Shown here: positions 57,901 through 64,000 of the stretch, one piece after another
How positions within the stretch are numbered: position 1 is the stretch's first letter
How the letters are laid out: each line of letters starts with the position of its first letter
Assembly: GCF_021869535.1 (NCBI RefSeq)
Contig: NW_026262581.1
Location: forward strand, 17,670,001-17,734,000
Source of the DNA: Mytilus californianus
Taxonomy: Eukaryota
Length of the DNA: 64,000 nucleotides
Direction: 5' to 3'
Made by a program: the position numbers and the translations under genes
The notes under the pieces: generated by a model
Told to the model about the DNA's origin: nothing
Database searches by the model: none
What the model saw: only the letters and a program-made list of their open reading frames with translations

Positions 57901-60900
57901 TTTTCACTATGCATGATGTATCAGCTGACAAAAAGAGCATTCTCTATGTTTCGTTTGGTTAATGAATCTGGTCCTCAACCCAAACTTAACTAGGACAGAT
58001 GAATGAATGAACAGACAGAACTGAGCAAAGGATAATTAAGTTAAACAATAAAATAAACATTGTATGTAAATATAAACAGAAATATACTTTTTTTGTTAGT
58101 TATAAGATTATTTTGCTCTGATCAATTGACTTGATATATCCAGCTATTACATATTAAAGGCATATTCCATTCAAAATCATAATCCTTTACTGAATTTGAA
58201 TGTCATTGTCTTTTACCTTTGATTTTTTCTTTTACTCATAAAATAATGAATATTTTAGCAGGTAAAATTCACAAATGACTATGACACAGATAATTTACCT
58301 CTTGCTTTCCAGGCTTGAATAATTCTTTTCTTGAACTCCTCATATGAATTATGTGTAACTTTACTAGATAGATACACAGAAAAGTGACTGTTGTATTCAA
58401 TATTAGATGTAGATGGTTTCACTAATACCAGCGAGGCCCCAATGGTGGAGTTCACATTCTTGAAAGCTGCCACCAGAGATGTGTGTGAAAGCTCAGGCAA
58501 AGAAATATTTACAGGTACGCTGTTGTTCATGTTTATAACGTACTCCCAACTCCATGTTTTCTCTCTAAAAAATAAATCTACTGTAAAAGCAGAAATTTTC
58601 GTGGAGGATTAGGATTTAATTTCGTTTATTTCGTGGAAAGAATATATCCACGAAATTAAAACCCCCTCGAAAATTTAACCTAAATATAAGATCACTTCCA
58701 AATTCTGGAAACCACGAAATTAAATCCCTATGAAATCTTATATAGAGACAAAACCACGAAATTTTAACCCAACGAAAATTAATGTTTCTACAGTATATCA
58801 AAATTCATATTCGAGAACACCTAAATATTGTAAAATAATGCAACATTATTAAACAATGGTAATTTATGATTACAAAATTTGTCTTGTCTTGGTATTAACT
58901 TAATAAATATTACAAAAGAATTAAAATAGTTATCTAAGAATAACCTTTATTTTGTAAGACAATGATATACTCCCCTCAATGCATCCTTTCATCAAGAAAT
59001 TTGATTATAGGTCACTTATACACAAGATATTATCTCTTAAACTTGAGTGGAGTTATCTGCATAAAACTCAAATGGAATTCTTAAATGATATCAGATCTTA
59101 GATGTAAAATATAATTATCAGTAAAGCATGATAAAAATGTCAGATTGACTACTATTTGTCATATGCTCCCCTTGATTTATCTTTACAACAAGTTACATGA
59201 TTGTAAGTAACTACTGTGACTTGACTGTTAGTGTTGCTCTCCACCTATTGCATCTTATTCAAAATTTTGACCGAATTGCAATTTGTTTTATAAAACCAAA
59301 CTGTTCAACTGGTCAGAAATTTGAAAAAACTGCTGTAGACAACCACAGTCAAGTTGTGAAAGTGCAAGGTGATAAATTAAAGCATACTTACAATCCTATA
59401 AGACTTTAATTCCACTTCAATGTTATTATGAAAAATTCGTAAGGGTTCCGCGGAACCCAGTGTCTCGCCTACTTTTGCTGTTAATCGCAGGCTCAACAAA
59501 AATGAGGAAAAAAATAAATAAAAATATTCCTCTCTATACTATCTTTTGATTGTTAGTAGCTTCTGTCCAAGTTTGGTAAAAATCCAGGATAGTTTATGAA
59601 TCTAATAAATGTTTTAAAAACTTAAACTGCAGACTGTATGTAATGTTAACTGGAAGAAAAACTAAGTCCATTTATAAATAAAAATGGTAGAAATCCAGGA
59701 TAGTTTAAGAAAGTTATTAAAATTTCAAAAACTTCAACCACAGAGTGAATGTAATGTTTCTTGGCAGAAAAACTAAGTCCATTTATAAGTAAAATACGGA
59801 AAAAATGGATTTTTTTTTTTACAAAATTTACTTCTGGATACTATCTTATGATCATAAGCAAGCTTCTTTCCAAGTTTGGTAGAAATCCAGGATAGTTTAA
59901 GAAAGTTATTAAAATTTCAAAAACTTTAACCACAGAGTGAATGTAATGTTTCTTGGCAGAAAAACTAAGTCCATTTATAAGTAAAATAGGGAAAAAATGG
60001 AATTTTTTTTTTACAAAATTTACTTTTGAATATTATCTTATGATCATAAACAAGCTTAGTTTGGACATTTTTATAGCAATTCAAAATTTCTAGCCATCAC
60101 CTTTAGCATGACAATAACAATAAAAATTTCTATACAAACTGTTAGACTGATTTTTCATATTAACATCGAAGTGGAATTAAAGTCTTATAGGATTGTAAGT
60201 ATGCTTTATTTTATCACCTTGCACTTTCACGACTTGACTGGTTTTCTACAGCAGTTTGTTCAAATTTCTGACCAGTTGAACAGTTTGGTTTTATAAAACA
60301 AATTGCAATTTGGCAAGAATTTTGAATAAGTTGCAATAGGTGGAGAGCAACACTAACAGTCAAGTCACAGTAAGTCAAATGCAAGAAAAAATCTACTGAA
60401 TTTGACCTTACTTTTCACTTATTTCCAGTCACTTACCCTGTTTCTGTTACCATAGGTCTCTGTCTGATGAATTTTATATCTATGTTATCTAGTCCCATCC
60501 CTGCAAAATTTCAACATAAATAGAGGTAGTAATTGATGCTGCTGCTCCATTAAAATATCATTCATTCAGTATAAAAAGACATTGGAATTTAAACAATCAG
60601 AACTAGAGTGTGACCAAGTGCATCAGCAATAATAAGCTAAGCTTTGAGTTAAAGTTGTTTATAAAGATTTCCTCATTAGAAAAAAAATATTTTGCATTAA
60701 TTGGTCTCATACAGCATACTTCTCCAAAGCTCCATGTGGTGTTTAAAGCACAAGAGGAACTTATGCATCTTTCATAGGTCATGAGTGTATTAATGTAATA
60801 TACATGCACTATAGTTTTGAATGAATATATTTCTGCTTTAATTCCTTAAAATGTCCAAGGTATTCAGATTATTAAAGGAGAATTTCAAGAGTAAAAAAAA

Positions 60901-63228
60901 AAGAAGTTGTTACTAATGCAAATAAATGTTACCTTTCAATTTAGCAGTCCATGAAGTTTTCAATTTTTTGGCAACCGTCTTGAAGTCAGTTGTGGCAACA
61001 AATGATTTAAAGTATAAATGATGAAGACTACTGGTAGATATATAACTTTTCAGGTCGACTGTACTATAGGGGACACCAGTCGCAGAAGTAAAGTTGAGGT
61101 GTGAAGACAAATGGGAATTAGTTAGACTTAAAGTAGTCCACTTGTCAGTTTTGGTTCCATTTACAGATAAAGTATACAGCAGTTTCCAGGATGATTTCCT
61201 ACAAAAGATTATTTAATCTACTTTAATGGCAAAACATTTTTTCATTAGAGTCAGTATTGATAATTAAGAATACTCAAAATCTGTCTTAGTAACAGATCAT
61301 TTCAGTTGTTAAATAATTTGTACTACAAAAATATAGATCTTCTAAAAATATTATAGCAACAGGTAGGTAATTTTAAATTGATTTTTCAAATCCATAGATG
61401 TTAGAAAATATAAATAATAATTATCTCTGTTTACAAATAAATGTTATTAACCATCACAAAACATTGAAAATTGCTTTCAATAAAAGTAAACTCTAGGGCA
61501 AGATGTCTGAATTCTGTTTGTCAAAATGATAAAGGCTATTAAGATTTTCATTGGCTTTTTTTATGTGTGTGTGTGTGCTAGGAAACTACATGAGAAGTCC
61601 TGATCATTTTAAACATGGTATAATATTTGTAGATTTTCGGAATTCATTCTGTAGATAATAAATCCAAAGTTCCATTTTTTTTAACACCCAATATGCGAGC
61701 AGCCTCTGTGGTCAAGTGGTACCACACATGTCTGTATTTGAGGTTGTTTATTCCCTTTTCAACCAAAACTACAAATCTTAATCCTATTTCTTACCCTGTT
61801 GTTTTGTCTACCAGTTCTTCTTGTCCTGTAATGTCTACTGTTACTGTGGAGGGATCAACCTCTGTAAAATAGCATTTTACAACAGTTTAAAGTACTTAAA
61901 ATAAAAAATAGTTCAATTATAATTTTTTTTTTATGTTCTTTTCTGCAATATGTCTTAATGACAAGAATATTCTTTTAAACTGCCTTCCCTTCTATCACCG
62001 GAGTTCATCCTGTTTTGAGTTGGTGTTTTTTCTGTGTACTTTATCAGACTGATTTTTATGTTTTTATCTTTTTGCATATGGCCATGGCTTCTTTGATATG
62101 ATTTCTGGTTATATCCTTTGAATCTTATTATTTTTATTACGACACCATATCTTTTTAATAAATAGTTGATAATAAATTTATATCAAAATCTAACACAAAA
62201 ATGTCAGATGACTGAATCTCAAGGTGAAATACCGGAGTAAAATCCTTAACACTTATTACTAAAAATAAACCTATGAATTTCTTTTAACTTCTCTGAAAAT
62301 TCTTACATAAAATCATTAATACTCTATGATCAAAATGCAAGCTGAGTACAAAGCGACAAATGGATTGTACACATCATACTAACCAGGGAGAACTGTCGCT
62401 GTAAAAAATTCTGAACCACTTTTACTTAAAAAAGACCTTTTGTTGCAAGTTTCTATTCAAAATGTATGAGATTCATTCTCTATAATAGTTTTTCATTGAA
62501 ATGCAATCTGAGTGCAACAAGACAGACAGATTTGAGACATTATACTAACCAGGGTGTTCTGTACACCAGGCAGTAATGACAGCACCTTTCATTTTATCAT
62601 GATCAGTTGTTGATACTTTGTGGTTTAAGTTGAATGAGAAGATGTGAGTAGCATCTATTGTGTGTCTCCCAGTCTTCAATTTATAGGACTTCCCATTGGT
62701 AGATGTAAAATTTAACATTGATTCAAACTTTGTTGTGTTAAGTTCTGGTGGGTTTACAGTTTTACCATCAACTTTAAGAATGAAAGGGAGCCTCCAAGTT
62801 TTCTCTCTAAAAAATATACAAAAAAAATAATAATTTTCTTACAAATTTGACATTATATTTATGCACTTATTCAAAGCTTTTATTTTCTTTTCTTTTTCTT
62901 TCACCATTATATTGTCTGGATAAAACCACAATTGTTTAATAGTATTATAAGCTTAATAAAGCACAGCAGAATCATTTCCTTTTTAATACAACTTTTTGAA
63001 GTACAAAAAATAAAATAAAGGTAAATATCAATACACAATTAAACATCACTTCCTCAGGTAAACATCGCTTAACCTAGTTAAACATCACTTCCTCAGGTAA
63101 ACATCACTTAACCTAGTTAAACATCACTTCCTCAGGTAAACATCACTTAACCTAGTTAAACATCACTAACCCAGTTAAAGTATAATATTCCTTGGTTTTA
63201 TTTAATCCTTCAATATGAATTTTCTTTC
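15843..63228 (-). CDS. Giant type I membrane protein with >=18 tandem SEA-like (KIAA1549/UPF0606-like) repeats, an inserted vWA domain, furin site, TM helix and short cytoplasmic tail; 5' end outside window
   Basis: 38 GT-AG exons chain into one open frame of 6539 nt (~2178 aa) ending TAA at 15843-15845. Short (phase 1->2) and long (phase 2->1) exons alternate regularly. Recurrent motifs: W-x-L-x-Y-x-V-x-x-(N/D)G, F-x-V-Y...helix ending in W, and V-x-I...QEE-x-V...G. The gene model is seen in the sequence; the SEA-fold assignment is inference. Confidence 0.9.
16935..17597 (+). mobile_element. Helentron/HINE-like element nested in another dispersed repeat
   Basis: gaggct..aagagcctgtgtcgctcacc start, (gacg)n microsatellite, 3' hairpin gctcacttggccctttgggccaggtgagc plus A-run. 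Confidence 0.7.
20373..20461 (-). CDS. exon E37: transmembrane helix
   Basis: tttacag|KWTLPLAIVLGVLAAIIVITIICCVIHKR(R)|gtcagt; >20 hydrophobic residues followed by basic stop-transfer residues. Confidence 0.92.
21093..21246 (-). CDS. exon E36 (end of last repeat, juxtamembrane)
   Basis: NPVSEVNYRVGLKGDNVEDLNSPSTAQLQQSLATAGKTLHSRAPKEDDDDK|gtaagc, phase 2->0. Confidence 0.9.
21480..21546 (-). CDS. exon E35 (short)
   Basis: DVTKPDLDVTVTGINNKAKDKDG|gtaagg. Confidence 0.88.
21788..22988 (+). mobile_element. Helentron/HINE-like element, same family as 9605-12800
   Basis: acaagagtgcaca..gctgaaatgtctcgcc start, ~7 copies of the gaaccatgaaaatgaggtcaaggtcaga unit, A-rich end. Confidence 0.7.
23987..24225 (-). 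CDS. exon E34 (long repeat exon)
   Basis: REVTPMEYTVAVEDEEP...EPCLCKPKLAGSLQLDG...KIAEAIKDAFVKENP|gtaaa. Confidence 0.9.
24420..24606. mobile_element. TA-TSD MITE
   Basis: TA|CTGTTGTGATTCATT...AATGAATCAACAG|TA; related fragment near 12865-13030. Confidence 0.7.
25066..26118 (+). mobile_element. HINE-like element with internal ~170-bp tandem units
   Basis: Same termini and blocks as the 16935 copy; (gac)n microsatellite near the 3' end. Confidence 0.65.
26452..26548 (-). CDS. exon E33 (short, carries furin site)
   Basis: GLSSTSLLVRVKQQSRRQKRATQPSHKLVDGNG. Confidence 0.88.
27076..27293 (-). CDS. exon E32 (long repeat exon)
   Basis: NIVTKVRYIVSINDTDP...TQCGCS...HYVYSKTINSTRVRTAISTVWKDANK|gtaag. 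Confidence 0.88.
27856..27910 (-). CDS. exon E31 (short)
   Basis: DKPVVVKMIDTSIYVDVSW|gtaagt. Confidence 0.82.
28378..28616 (-). CDS. exon E30 (long repeat exon)
   Basis: VKIAKLYFKLEINNTT...KVYVLYLKGKVQNSDRLLSVLKLNWMSVAP|gtatg. Confidence 0.88.
29156..29222 (-). CDS. exon E29 (short)
   Basis: DQLKSIKTHILLKKDYVSSSNTS|gtgag. Confidence 0.82.
29593..29904 (-). CDS. exon E28 (fused short+long repeat exon)
   Basis: GYLVRVISTEPSVGDLGTHLTSVLYDAENKEGEAVTP...NMLNHAIANTTK|gtaag, phase 1->1. Confidence 0.88.
31062..31303 (-). CDS. exon E27 (long repeat exon)
   Basis: KSLTTFTFIVTADGNMLYPT...YSLCFKLVLQSQHIPINKTIIKTLLENAWNASNL. Confidence 0.88.
31549..31609 (-). CDS. exon E26 (short)
   Basis: AYSNVELSSVSRENTFEDLTG|gtaagt. 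Confidence 0.85.
31703..31804 (-). CDS. candidate symmetric cassette exon (34 codons) of the repeat gene
   Basis: ttcttag|GSSDRIFKPEGIDSERSDFTLQTLTCKEENSKPE|gtataa, open, phase 1->1, 93-nt intron to E26. Confidence 0.55.
32018..32583. mobile_element. Kolobok-like MITE
   Basis: TTAA|AGGAGTAGG...CCTACTCCT|TTAT with ~35-bp imperfect TIR; TTAA target with RR termini is the Kolobok signature. Confidence 0.7.
33004..33269 (-). CDS. exon E25 (long repeat exon)
   Basis: KTVWRYNYIVNVSGNILNAAE...LFQVHFFGIVPNDKKLSLMNHVKLYWENVT|gtatg. Confidence 0.88.
34259..34331 (-). CDS. exon E24 (short)
   Basis: AANVDDVKLVVFNEQKVVATVSNSS|gtagat. Confidence 0.8.
34451..34656. mobile_element. TA-TSD MITE
   Basis: TIR CTGTAAATTCAGAAATTATTGCG at both ends, TA flanks; second copy at 42903-43096. 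Confidence 0.85.
35071..35342 (-). CDS. exon E23 (long repeat exon)
   Basis: NTLWELSYHITTTDGTIVNS...AFKVMINRRIYNVDKEKFHSVVKQTLAKRVK. Confidence 0.88.
35372..36510 (+). mobile_element. HINE-like element with an internal ~490-bp tandem duplication
   Basis: aacaagaggctctcaagagcctgaatcgctcacc start; ~35410-35900 repeated at ~35900-36420; terminal hairpin gctcacatggggcccttcgggccccggtgagc. Confidence 0.7.
38773..39702. mobile_element. Tc1/mariner-pogo-type MITE, 930 bp
   Basis: TIR CAGTTGAACCTCGTTGTGTCGAA / TTCGACACAACGAGGTTCGACTG, TA on both sides, internal ttcgactcatccgag subterminal repeats. Confidence 0.85.
40430..40715 (-). pseudogene. Degenerate THAP zinc-finger-like relic
   Basis: MDTAESYKKKGRDISCAVNNCTNNRRK...LCELYKLFRLHT, then frameshifted LLWQTNV and SSSASVCIEY blocks resembling THAP W and VCSxHF motifs. 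Confidence 0.4.
41016..41073 (-). CDS. exon E22 (short)
   Basis: GTKVKSVQVLKQEETFYSTS|gtaatg. Confidence 0.85.
41558..41838 (-). CDS. exon E21 (long repeat exon)
   Basis: LSLWRLWYKITSNNVTVSP...LFSIHFAQRIADSDLNKVGDKLTVLWKKKIGT; an alternative in-frame donor lies 6 nt upstream (exon end 41564). Confidence 0.85.
42521..42578 (-). CDS. exon E20 (short)
   Basis: DLKQTKTEIVHQEEMVSSTR|gtatg. Confidence 0.85.
42903..43096. mobile_element. TA-TSD MITE, same family as 34451-34656
   Basis: ctataaattcagaaattattgcgagg...atttctgaatttacag, TA flanks. Confidence 0.8.
43416..43648 (-). CDS. exon E19 (long repeat exon)
   Basis: SKKKVSKLSYYLTVDGKAIHPD...LFHVDFTLPVLRTDIANVEKALKTAWAVFRS|gtaag. Confidence 0.88.
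44036..44105 (-). CDS. exon E18 (short)
   Basis: VFTDSKLNVSVMIGSQDWYLYKSL|gtaagt. Confidence 0.82.
44146..44830 (+). mobile_element. HINE-like element with internal tandem units
   Basis: caatgtcccc subterminal motif, three copies of acatgagagcgctaac units, (gacg)n, tcccc..gggga hairpin; boundaries approximate. Confidence 0.55.
45203..45459 (-). CDS. exon E17 (long repeat exon)
   Basis: KYMMLSIFVKKEKTYVDSR...AFSVYLSKALKRTEVTSVINDIKKTWKEK. Confidence 0.88.
45789..46538. repeat. 45-bp minisatellite, ~16 copies
   Basis: Unit aaaacttaatgttca(t/c)tactaccaatggttgatagctataattgt, near-perfect, no spacers. Confidence 0.95.
46616..46676 (-). CDS. exon E16 (short)
   Basis: GNNIVVHVDIPEQTQVLSGNK|gtaagt. 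Confidence 0.82.
47127..47282. mobile_element. Short GC-rich MITE
   Basis: CAGTGACGGATTCAG...CTGGATCCGCCTATG flanked by a GTACATG direct repeat; relatives near 30408-30475 and 40280-40425. Confidence 0.75.
47299..47555 (-). CDS. exon E15 (long repeat exon)
   Basis: KTVWKVDYYLKKDGSLIDPS...YKIFINREVRVKDIDKMKSVLVKWWKSSNNI|gtaag. Confidence 0.88.
47944..48013 (-). CDS. exon E14 (short)
   Basis: GSLTYNNTEVTVNRYTKYIDIAAK|gtaag. Confidence 0.82.
48244..48518 (-). CDS. exon E13 (long repeat exon)
   Basis: KSYWRVMYFLKKNHTVVES...AFSFYLSKEIGYKQRTKFEQDIKASWIKKMK. Confidence 0.88.
48739..49573. mobile_element. hAT-like MITE with perfect 8-bp TSD
   Basis: ATCAAAAC|CAGGGCTTCCAAA...TTTGGAAGCCTTG|ATCAAAAC; related inverted copy near 23280-23681. 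Confidence 0.85.
49808..49883 (-). CDS. exon E12 (short)
   Basis: EYSLCGCLSIANITKESIEEFVDKNG|gtaagt. Confidence 0.82.
49886..50172 (+). mobile_element. Short HINE-like element abutting the E12 splice acceptor
   Basis: aaaacaagtgaatctgtgagc start, (gacg/gaca)n tract, taccccc..ggggtat terminal hairpin. Confidence 0.6.
50631..50902 (-). CDS. exon E11 (long repeat exon)
   Basis: KRVWKLVYFVKVNGQYVPAT...RFSIFFTGKVSETSLTAIQTALLETWNSSSK. Confidence 0.9.
51752..51842 (-). CDS. exon E10 (short)
   Basis: VFVVNKTVTEQTVTNVSVEVKRQEEYITSTG|gt. Confidence 0.88.
52143..52703 (-). CDS. exon E9: von Willebrand factor A domain
   Basis: 561 nt, symmetric phase 1->1; CNEVPADIQFLLDASGSVG...GGTFTDLAL...VIVMTDGKS...IASDDKNVFTVGNFDAL...TTCK; MIDAS DxSxS, T and D present. 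Confidence 0.95.
53364..53650 (-). CDS. exon E8 (long repeat exon preceding vWA)
   Basis: HSVWRLVYFVKKEGKVVDSR...ISLLLKQMVEEKLHLIEEKT|gtgaat. Confidence 0.88.
53735..56672. mobile_element. Cluster of nested HINE-like/dispersed repeats
   Basis: ~180-bp tandem units (gaggtgctgaccaagtgttgttacttt), ~130-bp units (ttagattcagcatatcaaagaaccc), (gac)n tracts, terminal gctcac..gtgagc hairpin at 56640-56669. Confidence 0.65.
55512..55730. repeat. 35-bp tandem repeat, ~6 copies
   Basis: Unit tattgcgcaatactgtgcaattgaagatttcttgc. Confidence 0.85.
57154..57211 (-). CDS. exon E7 (short)
   Basis: GMNVNIDHMTQEELVDKVDG|gtaag. Confidence 0.88.
58299..58564 (-). CDS. exon E6 (long repeat exon)
   Basis: EKTWSWEYVINMNNSVPV...HFSVYLSSKVTHNSYEEFKKRIIQAWKAR. 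Confidence 0.88.
58581..58793. mobile_element. TA-TSD MITE
   Basis: TA|CTGTAAAAGC...TTTCTACAG|TA with internal ccacgaaatt repeats. Confidence 0.75.
59214..60370. mobile_element. Foldback-type element with ~210-bp TIRs and a nested HINE-like insertion
   Basis: 59212-59425 is the reverse complement of 60161-60372; TA on both sides; 59432-60062 holds ~180-bp tandem units. Confidence 0.8.
60437..60500 (-). CDS. exon E5 (short)
   Basis: GMGLDNIDIKFIRQRPMVTETG|gtaagt. Confidence 0.85.
60933..61198 (-). CDS. exon E4 (long repeat exon)
   Basis: KSSWKLLYTLSVNGTK...LHHLYFKSFVATTDFKTVAKKLKTSWTAKLK. Confidence 0.88.
61795..61861 (-). CDS. exon E3 (short)
   Basis: EVDPSTVTVDITGQEELVDKTTG|gtaag. Confidence 0.88.
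62550..62806 (-). CDS. exon E2 (long repeat exon)
   Basis: EKTWRLPFILKVDGKTVNPPEL...HIFSFNLNHKVSTTDHDKMKGAVITAWCTEHP, phase 2->1. Confidence 0.88.
63043..63170. repeat. 39-bp dimeric tandem repeat, ~3 copies
   Basis: aaacatcacttcctcaggt + aaacatcacttaacctagtt, abutting the E1 donor. Confidence 0.85.
63171..63228 (-). CDS. SEA-like repeat gene exon E1 (short)
   Basis: ttttcag|xKKIHIEGLNKTKEYYTLTG|gttagt, phase 1->2. Confidence 0.75.
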
Positions 63229-64000
63229 CTGAAAATAATAAAAAAAAGAATTAAATCTCCATTGTTAACCCATCACTTTTAGACAGACACTGAAAAGAAA
63301 TATTCATTATTTCAAATCAGCTAAATTCAGTTTAACATTCCAAAGCTACACCAATTCAAAACACTATTTGTGTCTACAGAAAAACCTTAAATCAAACATA
63401 CATGTAATTTATTGGTTATGGTTTATTGCTGTTTTTTCATATTTATTTATCGTTTATTGTTTTGTATAGTTTGTTCTTGTATTGTGCAGTTGCACAATTG
63501 TCCCAGGTTAGGGGACGGTTGACACCTTCATACTAGTTTTAACCCTGCCACATTCTGTATGTGCTTGTCCCAAGTCAGGAGCCTGTAGTTCAGTGGTTGT
63601 TGTTGGTTCATGTCTGTCACATCTGTTTTTCGTAAATTGTTTTGTTATAAATTAGGCCGTTTGTTTTCTCAATTGAATTGTTTTATATTTTTCATGTCAG
63701 GGCCTTTTATAGCAAACTATACAGTATGGGTTTTTCTCATTGTTGAAGGCTGTACGGTTGCTAATAATTACTTACATCTACTTCATTTGAACTTTGGTGT
63801 TAGTTGTCGCCTTATTTCTATATATACCTTTGTAATGCTGTTTGTAATATTCAACTAGTGTGCTGTAAAACTTTGTATAATCAGTTGGTTGAATCCAGGA
63901 TCCTACATATAATCCTCCAAGGTAACTATAATGGAAATATTTCTGCCAGTCTTTCCAGCCCCAGGAGAAGTGATAGTTGTGACCGTGTATGTTAGTTATG

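Overview
AT-rich eukaryotic genomic DNA with spliceosomal GT-AG introns and dense MITE/Helentron-like repeats. The repeat families look like those of a bivalve, probably Mytilus (inference). I reconstructed three protein-coding loci by hand from splice sites and reading-frame phase. (1) A complete 6-exon OGFOD2 gene (+, 1581-7692, 340 aa). (2) A probable first exon of a divergent F-box-like gene only 165 bp upstream of it (-, 1374-1415). (3) A 5'-truncated, 38-exon, >2170-aa minus-strand gene (63228->15843) that the ORF track shows only as fragments. Gene 3 encodes a type I membrane protein with at least 18 tandem, highly diverged ~110-aa SEA/ferredoxin-like repeats (KIAA1549/UPF0606-like; fold is inferred). 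One repeat carries an inserted MIDAS-intact vWA domain, the penultimate repeat has a furin site (RRQKR/A) bracketed by CxC motifs, and the protein ends in a single TM helix and a short Tyr-motif tail. The phase-1 intron after each repeat's first helix acts as a module slot: it holds the vWA exon and candidate 102-nt, 15-nt and 3-nt symmetric exons. Notable mobile DNA includes a composite element made of two near-identical TIR-MITEs in direct orientation around 1.3 kb, several TA/TTAA/8-bp-TSD MITEs, a foldback element, a 45-bp minisatellite and a THAP-like relic. No rRNA, tRNA or CRISPR was found.
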